Part shown: in pieces, positions 1-12,615 of the stretch | How the letters are laid out: every line of letters starts with the position of its first letter | Position numbering within the stretch: position 1 is the first letter of the stretch | Assembly (NCBI RefSeq): GCF_006345805.1 | Contig: NC_043013.1 | Location: forward strand, 42,284,001 to 42,348,000 | Direction of reading: 5' to 3' | Length of the DNA: 64,000 nt | Origin: Octopus sinensis | Taxonomy: Eukaryota | Made by a program: the position numbers and the translations under genes | The notes under the pieces: generated by a model | Told to the model about the DNA's origin: nothing | What the model saw: the letters and a program-made list of their open reading frames with translations, nothing else | The model's database searches: none

Positions 1-576
1 ACATACAGCTGTTTACCTACACAAATGAAGATCTATCAGTATACTGTGGTAGGGAACATCTACACCTGTGGTCCACGGACCCCTGGTGTTCCACAAAGGT
101 AGTACTGGGGGTCCATGAACTAAATTCAAAATTTCATATATATATATATATATATATAATAGACCTTTATATAAATAAATAACGTGAAATACACGAAGGG
201 ACGAACAAAAAGACAAACGGGTCATTCAAAGCCTTCATTCTTCAGTCAGAAACTGATCCCTCATCGCAGATTTCGGCTGTTTAATTCTGAGATCCGCTCT
301 GAATCAGCCAGCCACAGAAGGAAAGAATGAAACGCAACAGAGACGAACATGAAACGAAAAATCTTTTTTGGGGACAGTAACGGTTAAAAACATGGATGAC
401 ATAGGCGCCCTACGGCTTTGAGACAAACAGAGAGACACAAAAACAATATCAACAGCGTGGAAAAAATTACCTTTTCGGTGATGAGACACATGTTGTTAAG
501 GTTAAGCATATTAAAAGGGGGTCTGTCTAGTTGCTGAATTGAGCATTTTTACAATTCTTTTGTTTTAATATTGCAG

Positions 577-682
577 AACATGGATGAAAAACCAATTTTC
601 TTTGCTCGGAAGTTTGAACCAGTGGTTAACCAGGACATAATCAACAGTGTGGACACGTATCTATTTGGATACAGTAACCAAG
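577..682 (+). CDS. XYLT: Xylosyltransferase (XYLT/oxt family), internal exon; upstream exons lie outside the window
   Basis: ttgcag acceptor at 571-576 and gtatgt donor at 683. Translates NMDEKPIFFARKFEPVVNQDIINSVDTYLFGYSNQ, containing the FFARKFE motif of peptide O-xylosyltransferases. Ends in phase 1, matching the next exon. Confidence 0.9.
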
Positions 683-852
683 GTATGTGAAAGGTGGGGG
701 TGTGGCCAGTTGGGTATTTGAGGGTGGGTATTACAACATGATTGGTGAGACATGCATACAATGAAACAGCTAGATAGATATGGTTATTTCATATATAATG
801 ATGGATCAACAGATGGAGAGATAAAGTCAGACAAACATTATATATATATAAA

Positions 853-1044
853 TAAACAAAAATTTTCATAATTATGAGTATAATTATAATTAGGGTTCAG
901 CAAAAATTTGGTTCTTCCAGATTTTCTTATGGTAGAGAAATAGTTAGTTTTTAACTGCTATTTCTAAATTTCGGTATGTGATGAAGCAAATTTTTGCTGA
1001 ACCCTAATTATAATTATACTCATAATTATAAAAATTTTTGTTTA
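853..1044. repeat. Intronic inverted repeat (~58-bp arms, ~75-bp spacer)
   Basis: aaacaaaaattttcataattatgagtataattataattagggttcagcaaaaatttg at 853-910 is the near-perfect reverse complement of 987-1044. Confidence 0.85.
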
Positions 1045-1319
1045 AGTTTACCACTAATGGTTCTTTAACATACTGAACTACTTGGTAAAATTATTAATTA
1101 TTAATTCATTTTGCCCTTTATTTTTTATATATATATATGTGTGTAGATTTATGTAAATAGCTGTGGCTGTGCAAGTAGACACAGTCATGACTGGGTAGTT
1201 AGGGATTTTGTTTCTCAACCATATAGTCTTGGGTTCAGTCCTACTGCATTGCACCCTGGGCAAGAGTCTTCTGCTGTATCATCATATAATGTCAAGATAA
1301 GAAGATACACACACTTCTT

Positions 1320-2105
1320 CATTGTCATCTTTTAATGGCTGTTTCCCATGCTGGCATGGGCTGGGTGGTTTGACAGGAGCTTGAAAGCTGGAGGGATGCA
1401 CCAAGCCCCAATTATCTGTTTTGGTATAGTTTTTACAACTGGATGCCCTTCCTAAGGCCAACCCCTTTACAGAGTGTGTTGGGTGCTTTTACATGGTGCT
1501 GGCACAGGTGCTTTTTACATGACATCAGCACGGATGCTTTTCTAAATGGCACCAGCACAGGAGCTTTTTATGTAACAAATGAGACCATAACCTTGTGGCC
1601 TATGCCAGGGGTGTAACCAGCCCACTTATGCATACCGTCCCTTCATTGGACACTGCTTGCGAAGACCTGTTGAGGCAAGTGAAATCAAAATCAAATTCAA
1701 TGACTGGCATCCGTGCTAGTGGAGCACTAAGAGCACCATCCGAGTGTGATCATTGCCAGAGTGGCTTTCTGGCATTCGTGCCAGTGGCACATAAAAAGCA
1801 CCATTCGAGTGTGATCGTTACCAGCATCGCCTTACTGGCACTTGTGCCAGTGTACGGGTGGCATGTAAAAAAAACACCATTTGGGTATGGCCATTGCCAG
1901 TACCACCAGACTGGCCCTCATGCCGGTGGCACGTAAAAGCACCCACTACACTCTCAGAGTGGTTGGCATTAGGAAAGGCATCCAGCTGTAGAAACTCTGC
2001 CAGATCAAGATTGGAGCCTGATGCAGCCATCTGGTTCACCAGTCCTCAGTCAAATCGTCCAACCCATGCTAGCATGGAAAGCGGACGTTAAACGATGATG
2101 ATGAT
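1320..2105. repeat. Oppositely oriented pair of one interspersed retro-repeat family
   Basis: The + copy ends ggcattaggaaaggcatccag...gctagcatggaaagcggacgttaaacgatgatg (~1960-2105). A diverged reverse-complement copy occupies 1320-1520. Confidence 0.6.
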
Positions 2106-2400
2106 AATGACTGGCATATTCTTCATTTGTTGTCCGAAACTAGTGAGATTCTGATAAAAGCCTAAAGGAAAGATACGAACATAGACAAGCCTTCTCTCAC
2201 TAGTGTTAGAGTCCCTGTACAAGGCTTTGCTCATTGTCCATCTTATGACTAACCCATTAAAGAAATAAAAATACACTGCTTCAGATGTTGTATTGAAATG
2301 CCAGCATAGTCTGAGATTGTATTTCCTCATCTCTGCCACCAACATTACCTCTATGTTATTATCAGGAAATAATTGTTTGTTTTTTTATATATATTTCCAG

Positions 2401-2738
2401 CTTTCCCTGGTTTCAACAGCTACTGGCAGAATGAGTTCCATCATCTCGACAGAAATACCAAAGTTGACGATGCCTACCGCACATTCTTTCACTCATTCAT
2501 CCGTCTCTCCTTGCGGCACCTCACCGACTCAAACAGGCGTTGTCGGTTACGCTTCATTGAACTGCTTGAAGTAAACATGTTTTTTGAAACGGACCATTTC
2601 CATGGCCTGCTAGTGAAGTTCACTGCTGAGCAGATGAGTTCAGGTAAAGTCTATACCCTGGAGACACAGCTGCATCCCAAGACCTTCTACATGATGTACA
2701 ACACAGGCAACTCAGTGGACCGTCTGCAAGGTCTCGAG
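2401..2738 (+). CDS. XYLT: Xylosyltransferase, penultimate exon
   Basis: Polypyrimidine tract plus ttccag acceptor ending at 2400; gtaagg donor at 2739. Translates (A)FPGFNSYWQNEFHHLD...RLQGLE, in frame with both neighbouring exons (phase 1 in, phase 0 out). Confidence 0.9.
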
Positions 2739-2819
2739 GTAAGGACCACAGCTGTTTCTTGGTATTTGGGGTTTGTTTTACACATCTGTACATTTTGCCT
2801 TTTCATTGGTACAACAGCA

Positions 2820-3340
2820 TACCAGTCCATCCAGCTATCCCTAAGTCCAGTCAGTCATCAGTCCATCCATTCATCAGTCAGTCCATTAATCAGCCAACCC
2901 CTCCACCAGTCCATCCATCTATCAGTCAATCCATTAATCAATCCATGTCTCTATCCAGCCATCCATCAGTCAATCCACCATTCAATCTATCCATCCATCA
3001 GTCCAACTATCCATTCATCAGTTCAACCACCCATCCATTCATCTATCAAATCTCTCCAGCTGTTAATCTATTCATCTCTCCTACCATCAATCAATCCATC
3101 CTTCGTTCCATCCATCAGTCAATCCCCCATTCAATCCATCCATCCATCAGTCCAGCCATCTATCAATCCATCCCTTGGACGCTCCATTCATCAATCTCTC
3201 TAGCCATTAATCCATTCGTCTCTCCTACATCAATCAGTCCATTCATTTGTCCATTCATCCATCTATCCAGCTGGCCATCCATTACTCCATACATTCATCC
3301 AATCAACCTCACCCCTCACCATCCATCTCTACTTATCCCT
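2820..3340. repeat. Degenerate (TCCA/TCAA)n microsatellite in XYLT intron
   Basis: Recurrent tccatccatcaatcagtc units. Confidence 0.85.
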
Positions 3341-4298
3341 CCATGTTGTTGTGGTTTTGGTTTCCCCCCAACTCAAGTCCAGTGTTGCAATTCCATTTGA
3401 AGTGTCAGAATGACTTCAACTTGAGGGAGGTGGCTTTGTGTCAGGTGATGAGAGACAAGGGTATGATAGCGGAATAGGGAACAGGTGTGTTGCAGTAGAG
3501 GAGATACATGGCTACCATAGCAGGAAAAGCAAAGACAGTAGTAATGAGGTGTCAGGACATACACTTAAGATACAAGAGGGTGAATGGGAGCAGGGGTGGG
3601 ACTGCAATTTTGGTAAGTTTGCAAAACCCATCAGCTGGTACCCTTAGAGGCCAGTGTGGCGGTGAGTGGCTTAGTAGTTTGGGTGTTGGATTCATAATTG
3701 TAAGATTAGGGTTTCAATTCCTGGACTGGGTGATCCATTGTGTTTTTGAGTAAAATACTTCATTTCATGTTACTCCAGTCCACTAACCTGGCAAAAGTGA
3801 GTCATCCTACGATGGACCAACATCCCATCCGGGTGAATTCATATGCCATGGAAAACTGGGAAACCGGCCCTTATGAGTCAGCACAACTTATAAAGGTAAC
3901 TTACTTTTAGAGGCAGGTATTACATAACAAGCAAACTAGGTGATTGCTAGGGATGCTAATAACTTGCACAAAACTTCTGAATCCTGTTAAAAATATGAAA
4001 ACTTTGTAAATAATGAGAGCATGTGAGGTCACTCCTGGAACAAAGAAGAATAAGAGATAAGAATGGGTGGGGATTTAGTTGAGAGACTCATATGGTCTTA
4101 TGACCTGTCACGATTTGGCAGGAAGTATTTCAAATATTGCCCAGTAACAGATTTACTCAGCAATCATAAAACTATAAGATTTATTGTTAATTAGTGGTGG
4201 CAAGAAAAACTCTGAAGAGAGAGCTAAACAGATGGTGTAATGAAGACGATGGCCGAAAGAATGTTGCAGAAAAAAAAAAAATTGAAAAAGATTGTCAC

Positions 4299-4436
4299 TT
4301 ATTTACATTTGACGGATATTTGTCCTCATCTTGTTTGTTAACACGTTTTGGCTGATATACCCTCCAACCTTCATCAGGACAAATATCCATCAAATGTAAA
4401 TAATGCACATAATTCCTGATCCCTTAAATATAGAAC
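4299..4436. mobile_element. Short fold-back non-autonomous retroelement with decayed hammerhead (same family as 56124-56456)
   Basis: 11-bp direct flanks aagattgtcac (4288-4298, 4437-4447). Internal inverted repeat 4299-4326 vs 4377-4403. Minus strand reads CTGATGAaggttg..cagccAAAAC. Confidence 0.7.
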
Positions 4437-4772
4437 AAGATTGTCACCGTATAGGGTTGACCAAAGTGAGTAAACAGCCTAGAGTGTTGAAAAAGTTGAC
4501 ATCTCTCGCTTGTCTTCAACCTAGTCTAGCATTAAAGATTAAATGTCCAGAATGAACTGGCATTCATTAAAATCCCAAGTTTCCAGAGTTGAGAGTCTAC
4601 ACTTATGATATCCATATCAATGCCACATTTCAATGACTCCTGGCCTCCTTCCAGCCACCAGGAGTAGGGTATCACCAACAAATGATAGATGCAGCGACAT
4701 GTTGTTACACCTCATGCTCCATACTGCTACTACTGCTACTACATTTCAATACATTTGCTCTCCAGCAAGCAT

Positions 4773-5030
4773 GAAAATAAATAAACGTGCCCTTTTAAAG
4801 TCTAGCCAGGCTCATGGGCCCGGTTTCCCAGTTTCAATGGCGTATGTTTCCCTAGCTGGACAGGACGCCAGTCCATCGCAGCGTTACTCATTTTTGCCAG
4901 CTGAGTGGACTGGCGCAACGTGAAATGAAGTGTTTTACTCAAGAACACAACGCCTCGCCCAGTCCAGGAATCGAAACCACAATCTTACGATCATGATGCC
5001 GACACCCTAACCACTAAGCCACATGCCTCC
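4773..5030 (-). mobile_element. tRNA-derived SINE (family C); related copies at ~5455-5713(-), ~15850-16168(-), ~41330-41440(-)
   Basis: Minus strand gives A box tggcttagtgg, B box ggtttcgattcc, then tcttgagtaaaacacttcatttcacgttgc. Flanks ctccagcaagcat/ctccaggaagcat resemble a TSD. Confidence 0.75.
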
Positions 5031-5891
5031 ACCTCCAGGAAGCATTAAGAGGCTTATTCCAGTTTTAGATTGGATTCGAACCAGTAACCTTTATTTCTAA
5101 ACTAAGATATTGAAAATATCTCATCCACTAGATTGCTGTATCTTCCATAACACTGAATATTCATTAAGGCAGATGCTAAAAAAACAAACATCTTTACTGT
5201 CTTTATTCAGAACTCTTCTGTTTTTTATTGCTGATATTTGTGAAGGCACTTTGCCCAGTGGTTAGAGCATTCTACTCATAGTCACTTGACTGCGATTTCA
5301 ATTTCTAGACCAAGCAGTGCATTTGTGTCCTGTAGTAAAAGATTTAATTTCCTATTGCTCCAGTGTGGTCAGCTATAAATGAGTAACCCTGCAATGGATT
5401 GGTATCATATTCAGAGACAATATTGTGATCTCGATCACTAATGCGCCATGTAAAGTAAGGTAAAGTTACCTTATCAAGTCATGCCGACTCATAAGGGCTA
5501 GTTTCCCTGGTTTCAACGGCATATATAAATTCCCCACCTGGACAGGACACCAGTCTTTCACAGGGTTTACTCACTTTTGCCAGCTGAGTAGACTGGAGCA
5601 TTGTGAAATGAAGTGTTTTCCTCAAGAACACAATGCGTTGCCCAGCCCAGGAATCAAAACCACAATCTTACGACCACGAGTCCAACACCCTAATCACTAA
5701 ACCACATGCCTCCACTTACACACCAGGTAACCAGCTATATGAATCCTAGGACTCTAAACTGTAATATCCTGGGGACTTTCAGTGATGTTTGTTTTTGCAA
5801 ATTATTTTGACTCTCTTCCATCGCATTTTCTTAGTGTTTTTTCTTCCTTCTTGTTCTTGTTATTGACAATGTTTTTCCTTCTATATTCCAG

Positions 5892-6560
5892 GTTGGCACT
5901 GATTTTGACCCGAAAGAACTGATTTTCAGGAATTATGGTCAGCTGATGGGACCTTACAGCAACATTGCCTTACGTCATTCATGGGGTAATGGCAACGAGG
6001 TAGCTGTCTCAGTTGCCTGGATTGACCCTAGTAATACTGTTGCAGCATCCTTTGATATGAAAATACCATCTGGTGTACATATTGGCGCACACAAACCCCA
6101 ATTTAAAAAGCCTTTGCGCCCAGGTGTCTGGACTATAAAAGTTTTCCATGAATGGGAGACATTTGCTGAAGTGAAGTTTCTGATTCTCCCATTGAGTTTT
6201 TACCAAGAGAGACCCATCCTTGCCCCCGAGATCTATGCAACTCACAACGGACCCAAAGGACATTACCTCGAAAAAGACTTCGACTTCTCAGATTTTCGGA
6301 AACCACTAAAAATCGAGAACATCACCGAAGCCGAAAACCGGGCGACCATCAATGGTCGCAAGGTTGGAAAAGATCTTGAGAGGTGGATCGACACATTAAC
6401 TGCAGAATTTTGGCAGCTTCAGAACTTCTGTGCACACAAGGAGACAGTACCTTTATGTGGGGTACTCGAGAAATGTGAACACTCCACCTGGAGCTCCATG
6501 TCAACAGATACAAAGTCAACAATTACACTGGTCGATGAAAATACAGGATACCTTCGGTAG
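5892..6560 (+). CDS. XYLT: Xylosyltransferase, terminal coding exon (Xylo_C domain)
   Basis: ttccag acceptor ending at 5891. Translates VGTDFDPKELIFRNYGQLMGP...WIDP...KPLRPGVW...C...C...C..STWSSMSTDTKS, the typical XYLT C-terminus, ending at TAG 6558-6560. Confidence 0.92.
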   Translation, partial: VGTDFDPKELIFRNYGQLMGPYSNIALRHSWGNGNEVAVSVAWIDPSNTVAASFDMKIPSGVHIGAHKPQFKKPLRPGVWTIKVFHEWETFAEVKFLILPLSFYQERPILAPEIYATHNGPKGHYLEKDFDFSDFRKPLKIENITEAENRATINGRKVGKDLERWIDTLTAEFWQLQNFCAHKETVPLCGVLEKCEHSTWSSMSTDTKSTITLVDENTGYLR

Positions 6561-7202
6561 CTTTCATTATTGTGAGGATAGTTCTGGGACATGGTACCTC
6601 TCTCCTCCTCGATGGACCTCAGTCACTGTATGGGACAAACTAAAAATAGAACCAACAGTGGCAGCAGAGGAAAGGGGAATATCATGTTCCCAGAATTGGG
6701 ATCTATAATGATTCAATATTTGAATCTCAACTGTGCCATCCTAGTTTTTTTTTTTTTTTTTTTTTTTTTTTTGTAATTCATTCTGTGTTTTTCCATTTTT
6801 TTTTTTTAAAGGAATGATGCAAATTACAACCAAAAGTGGACAAATGCAAATTTGAAATTACTAAAAAAAAATGCAAATATTAATGATGAAAAATGCTAAT
6901 TATGAAATCATATTTTGGAGTATGGTGTGGGTGCAGATTGAAAAATACCATTTCATGTCTTTTTTTTTTTTGTGTCATCTACCAAAATTACTTACAAAAA
7001 AAAATTGTTGCAAAAAGAAAACTAAATCACCTAGACTGTCAGTTTTACTGGAAATACCCAATGGCTATTCAGTAGTGGTGTGTGCGTGTGTGTGCATGTA
7101 TCTGCACATGTGTCAGTGCAGTTTTGGTGCTCTACATGCACACACAACAAAAGGCATAAATATAACTGATATATTTATATTACCATATATGTAGCATATG
7201 TA

Positions 7203-7249
<47 letters not shown>

Positions 7250-7985
7250 ATTTATGTATATGATATGTATGTTTATATATGTAGCTATATACATTTTTAT
7301 GTATATGTGTGTGTGTGTCTGTATATAATTAATAGAAGCCCTAGACAGTATTAGAAGGAATAGATATGTAAGGGATTCTTATGAGTACAGGCCTTTTGGA
7401 AAGTACATATTGTGAAGGTAAATACATATATTTTACTAAAAGCACATGCTGGTAAGTTTAATCCCGTCATATCATGTATATATATATTTTCTATATGTGT
7501 GTATGTGTTTTATATCCTCATTTGTGTGTATGTATGTGTAAGGACAAACTAGAAATGTCCAGTTACATGAGCATAACATTACATTAAACCTAGGGTTAGC
7601 ATTTGATCCAAACATCTTGCCATACTTGTAGTTTTGAGTTCAAACCTACCTAACAGTCAGTATGTTATGCCCACCATCCAAATCAAGGCTCTTCAACTTT
7701 TTGCTCTTGATCTGTTCACCTGACAAGAGGTTGCTCCTCCATGTTGACAGAAGGAGCTGCTGTGTCCATTTTGCTACCCTTCTCTTTCCATCACAGTACT
7801 TGAACTCAGCTGATCTCAGTCTGTGTAACTTCACCATTAAAAGGGTGACATCAACTAAAGGTAGCTGACTATAAATAAAACATGGCTCCAAAACAAGGTA
7901 CTTTAATGTAGCTCCTATGAGGTTACTTATTTGCTCTGCTAGAAAGAGCAGCTAAATGTCCTTGCTTTTACAGCCATGTCTTTAA

Positions 7986-8206
7986 CCCTTTAGTGTTTGC
8001 ATTATTCTGCCCAAATTAATCCTTTTTTATCCACATTGTTTTGAACTAATCATGCATTATCTTGGAGCTATGAGATTTTGATGAGGTAGCTGTTAATTTT
8101 TAAAACGATATTGTAGGGTTGGTGTGAGAGACCAGATCTGGCCAGTTTGAACATAAAACAGGCAGAATACTTTTGGCCGGATATGGCCGGTTTAAATGCT
8201 AAAGGG
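7986..8206. mobile_element. piggyBac-like MITE
   Basis: TTAA|CCCTTTAGTGTTT ... AAATGCTAAAGGG|TTAA: TTAA target duplication and CCC-starting TIRs. Confidence 0.8.
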
Positions 8207-9609
8207 TTAAAAAGCATCGGAGCAGAGTTGACTGTGTATACTTGAATATATATAGTTATACATCCATCCATATGTATGCATCTGTATAGTGTGTGTGTGT
8301 GTGTGTCTATATACATCTATGTAAATGTGTGTGTGTGTATATATACACATACATGAAGGCAAGACAGGGTGGTTCCTAAGTATTACAGAAAATGGTAAAA
8401 ACCAAAATATCTAACTTGTTTATGTAAAGAAAATCTGGTCACATGATTAGTAAGAAAGAGCTAGTGTGCTTGACCCACGGATTGCTGAGGTTATTCAGGA
8501 ATGGAACCACTGGACTGAACAGTTTATCACTTTTGGAGTCCAGATCAGTAAATTCTGACACAAGATTGGAGTTGAGTGGTTTTAGTGCCATTCCTTACCA
8601 TACATACCATCTGTGTATGTATCTTGCCCATCTCTTTTTTGTCTGTTTGTGTGTGTGTGTGTGTGTGTGAACTTATATCTTGTGTATTGGGAAGGTTGTT
8701 ATACAAATAATAATAAACACATGCACAGACAGGCTCAATATCACTTCTTCGTTGTTAGTCAATTGGTGAGATATCAAAGTAATTAATCAATCGTTTGTTT
8801 AATATGTTGCTTAAACAAATGATCAATTATTTATTTGATTAACCCACTTGCTGACAAAGAAGAGATATTGAACCAGTGCATGCGTTTGTTATTATTGGCA
8901 TAATGACCCTCCCAAGACAAGATGTGTTTCAACACACAAACTCAAATCAAGAATCTTGCAAACCAAATACAAAAACCAAGTGTGTGTGTGTGTGTATATG
9001 TATATATTTGTACGTGTGTGTGTATATGTATATATATATATATATATATTCTTGCATTCATACATACATACACACATATATAAACATAGACACACACACA
9101 CATATATATAGCCACATGTTTCCACATGTTCCTGTGAAGTATTTAACCCGTTACTATTGATGTTATTTAATTGATTACCCAAAATATGATTTCAATCAAT
9201 ATCATTTTAATCAATCGTAGCCCGTTGAAAGAGAGAAGACAGAAAAAGAAAAGAAAAAAAAACAGCGCTGTCCCAAAGCAAACAACCAAAAATAAAAAAA
9301 AAAGAACCCTCAATATCCTTAACGTTGCTATCCCCACTTGAACACAAAAGGCAAGTGGCACTCCAAGACCAAGTAATAAGGACTTCTTCACTCAATCTGC
9401 CGTTCTAAGTCATTTGAGGGAAAGAATTCACTCAAATTTTGTTATTTTTATACCAACTTGTATATGCTTTTATGAATTTTTTTTTTCACAGTATGTGTGT
9501 GTGTGTGAGTGTGTTGTGTATACCTGTGTGTGTGTATGTGTGTGAGCCTTTTGTATCCATATGTATGAGTATATGTATGTGAGAATATGTATATGCACAC
9601 ACAAATAGT

Positions 9610-10101
9610 AATATGTCTATATATATATATATGTGTCTATATATATATATATGTGTCTATATATATATATGTGTCTATATATATATATATATATGTGTCT
9701 ATATATATATATATATATGTGTCTATATATATATATATATATGTGTCTATATATATATATGTGTCTATATATATATATATATGTGTCTATATATATATAT
9801 GTGTCTATATATATATATATGTGTCTATATATATATATATATGTCTATATATATATATATATGTCTATATATATATATATATATATGTGTCTATATATAT
9901 ATTATATATGTGTCTATATATATATATATATGTCTATATATATATATATATGTCTATATATATATATGTCTATATATATATATATGTCTATATATATATA
10001 TATGTCTATATATATATATATGTCTATATATATATATGTCTATATATATATATGTCTATATATATAATATGTCTATATATATATATGTCTATATATATGT
10101 C

Positions 10102-10133
<32 letters not shown>

Positions 10134-10342
10134 AATGTTTATATATATATATATATACACATATACTCATTCATATATGTATGTCATATATATATATATA
10201 TACACATATACTCATTCATATATGTATGTCATATATATATATATATATATACATATACTTATTCATATATGTATGTCATATATATACATATGTATATATA
10301 TATACACACATCATAGACATGATGTAAATATATGTAGATGCA

Positions 10343-10380
<38 letters not shown>
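9610..10380. repeat. Compound (TA)n / (TA)n-TGTC micro/minisatellite
   Basis: Repeated gtgtctatatatatatat units. Confidence 0.95.
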
Positions 10381-10383
<3 letters not shown>

Positions 10384-11030
10384 CATTGAATTGTGTGTGC
10401 ATGTATTTGTGTATGCCTCATATGCCTGAAAGTGTGTGTGCATGCGTGTGTATGCTTGCATGTGTCTGATTAATCCAGACTGAGGTTGTGTTTTCTCCCC
10501 ACACACACACTCACACACACACACACACACACACCACAATCAAACCTCTGCCTTCAACACCCCTCCTCCTCCCCTCATCACCCATTGATCTGCTGAAAAA
10601 AAAAATACTAACACCTCTCTAGCCGAGTAACTCCTCCCACCCTTGCAGACCCTCCTCCCACCTCTACCACCGATTTGTTATTCATCCTGTTGTTTTTATT
10701 GTTTGTTTTTCTCCTTTTTTTCTTTTGTTAATATTCTCTCATTAACATTGTTTTTGTTGTCTTTTAGTGTAAAAGAAGCAGCTTGATAACCACCAATGAT
10801 ACATACATTATATATATATGTGTGTGTGTGTATATATATATATGTGTGTGTGTATGTATATACATATTTATGTGTGTATAAAACACATCGTTCATTCATC
10901 TATTCTTTCCATGCTAACATGGATAGACAAAAACACTATTGAAGTATTGTATTTTCTGCCACATGGCCTTCCTCTTGCTACACACGCATGTATATATTTA
11001 TATATATATGTATATATATACACACACACA

Positions 11031-12572
11031 CCCAGAACCATGCTAATAGCTTCGAAGTGAAATTTAGGATTTCTCAGTTTTCCGTGAACTGATTTTGATA
11101 AAACATTTCCCAGCTGGTCTGCACACTAATGGCAACACCATTGTTATGTTTTCATTATTTGGTGTAACGTCCTTTATTTCAAATTCTTCAGTTTTTGGGC
11201 GAACCACGCTAACAGCTTTTGAATGAAAATAGCTAATCTAGATATTTGTTTTTCAGAAAATGAAGGGCAGCGATACATATTAAGCATACACTGAGTATAT
11301 ATTTAATAGAAAAGCATAATAATATTATAACATTCACATTATGAATTATTTAGCCACATGAGCGCCATTTCGACGGATAATTTCAAAAACCCTATTAGTC
11401 ATAGAATCTGTCAGTTTCTTAATAGTATCAAGTTGGATTGCCTCTGCTGCAGCTTTGATGGTCACCCATAAGATATCTTTTGACGTAAATTAACATCCAT
11501 AGGCATAAACATCTTGTTTAATGTGGACCAAAGATTTTCAATAGGGTTGAAATCTGGAGATGCTGACGGCCTCACCATCAACTTTTCACCTTGTATGCCG
11601 TAAGACCCTAGTAATGTTTGGGTGGTCCTAGCAGAGTGGGGGTAGGAGTGTTGTCATGCATGAGTATGAGATTCTAAGGAATCTCGTAGCCATGCATGGT
11701 ATGTCATCTTGCCAGAGAACCAAGATCTCCTTCAAGAGATTGCAGTGAGTAGCTGCAGTCGCTTTAACCCCTTCAGGCACCTTGACTGGACCAACAAGTC
11801 TGTCCCCAATGACACCAGCCCACAACATGGCTCTTCCACCCTGTTGTTGATGTCGTAAACGTTGGTGATGCTCATCTCTAAAATAAACCCAACCATTTTC
11901 CCAACTGTCAGGTCCATCAAGGGTCGCCCTGGTTTTGCCAGTGAACAGAATACAACTTATGTCTAACGTCAAGTACTTTTGGTCCTATTGAAACCTCAAA
12001 CTTCTGTGACGGGGCATTAAAGTTTCATGAGTCCTCACACATAAGCCATGGTTCCAAGGACATGATTTCTGGTGGTTTTCAATACATGAGGAAGTCCAGA
12101 GGTGGTGAAAATGGCTTTGCTTGTTTTTTCAGGTTTCCCACATAACTTTCGGCCAATGTTCCTTAAGTCCCTAGCTGTCACATCTATGGAGGTCCCTCTA
12201 TCGGATCATTTCTTCCTTGACGACAGGTCCTTCGGGAATCATCTAACCGTGTCCACATGACAACCTAACTTCTCCGCAAGGACATGTAAAGAGGTGCCTT
12301 TAGCACTTTCCTTGTCGATGACAGATTTTTCTTCATCGTTAAGGCCTTTTCCATGTCTCATTGTTCTTAGAGAGGAGAGACGCTATTAACATGGTTCACC
12401 CAAAAACTGTTGAATCTGAAATAAAGAAAGGATGTTACACCGAATAAGGAAAACATAACAATGGTGATGCCATTAGTGTGCAGACCAGCTGGGAAATGTT
12501 TTATCAAAATCGATTCACAGAAAACCCGAGAAATCCTAAATTTCACTCCTAAGCTATTAGCATGCTTCTGGG
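11031..12572 (-). mobile_element. Tc1/mariner DNA transposon with decayed transposase
   Basis: ~190-bp imperfect TIRs (11031-11217 vs 12382-12572) followed by TA on the right. Minus-strand fragments: MRHGKGLNDEEKSVI (HTH start, ATG at 12361), RATLDGPD, MLWAGVIG, SPDFNPIENLW. Frameshifts and stops are present. Confidence 0.9.
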
Positions 12573-12574
12573 TA

Positions 12575-12615
<41 letters not shown>

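Noticed and set aside
2739-3400. Long ORFs 2373..3203 and 2759..3400 with Ser/Ile/His/Pro repeats
   Set aside because: Read-through past the GT donor at 2739 into a (TCCA)n microsatellite; XYLT similarity resumes only at 5892.
6561-9300. XYLT polyadenylation site
   Set aside because: Several AATAAA-like hexamers occur in AT-rich sequence; none can be chosen without transcript data.
9587-10389. YIYI/VCVC/HTHT-type ORFs here and at 20.1, 25.8, 33.5, 40.1, 43-45.5 and 54 kb
   Set aside because: Translations of dinucleotide microsatellites.
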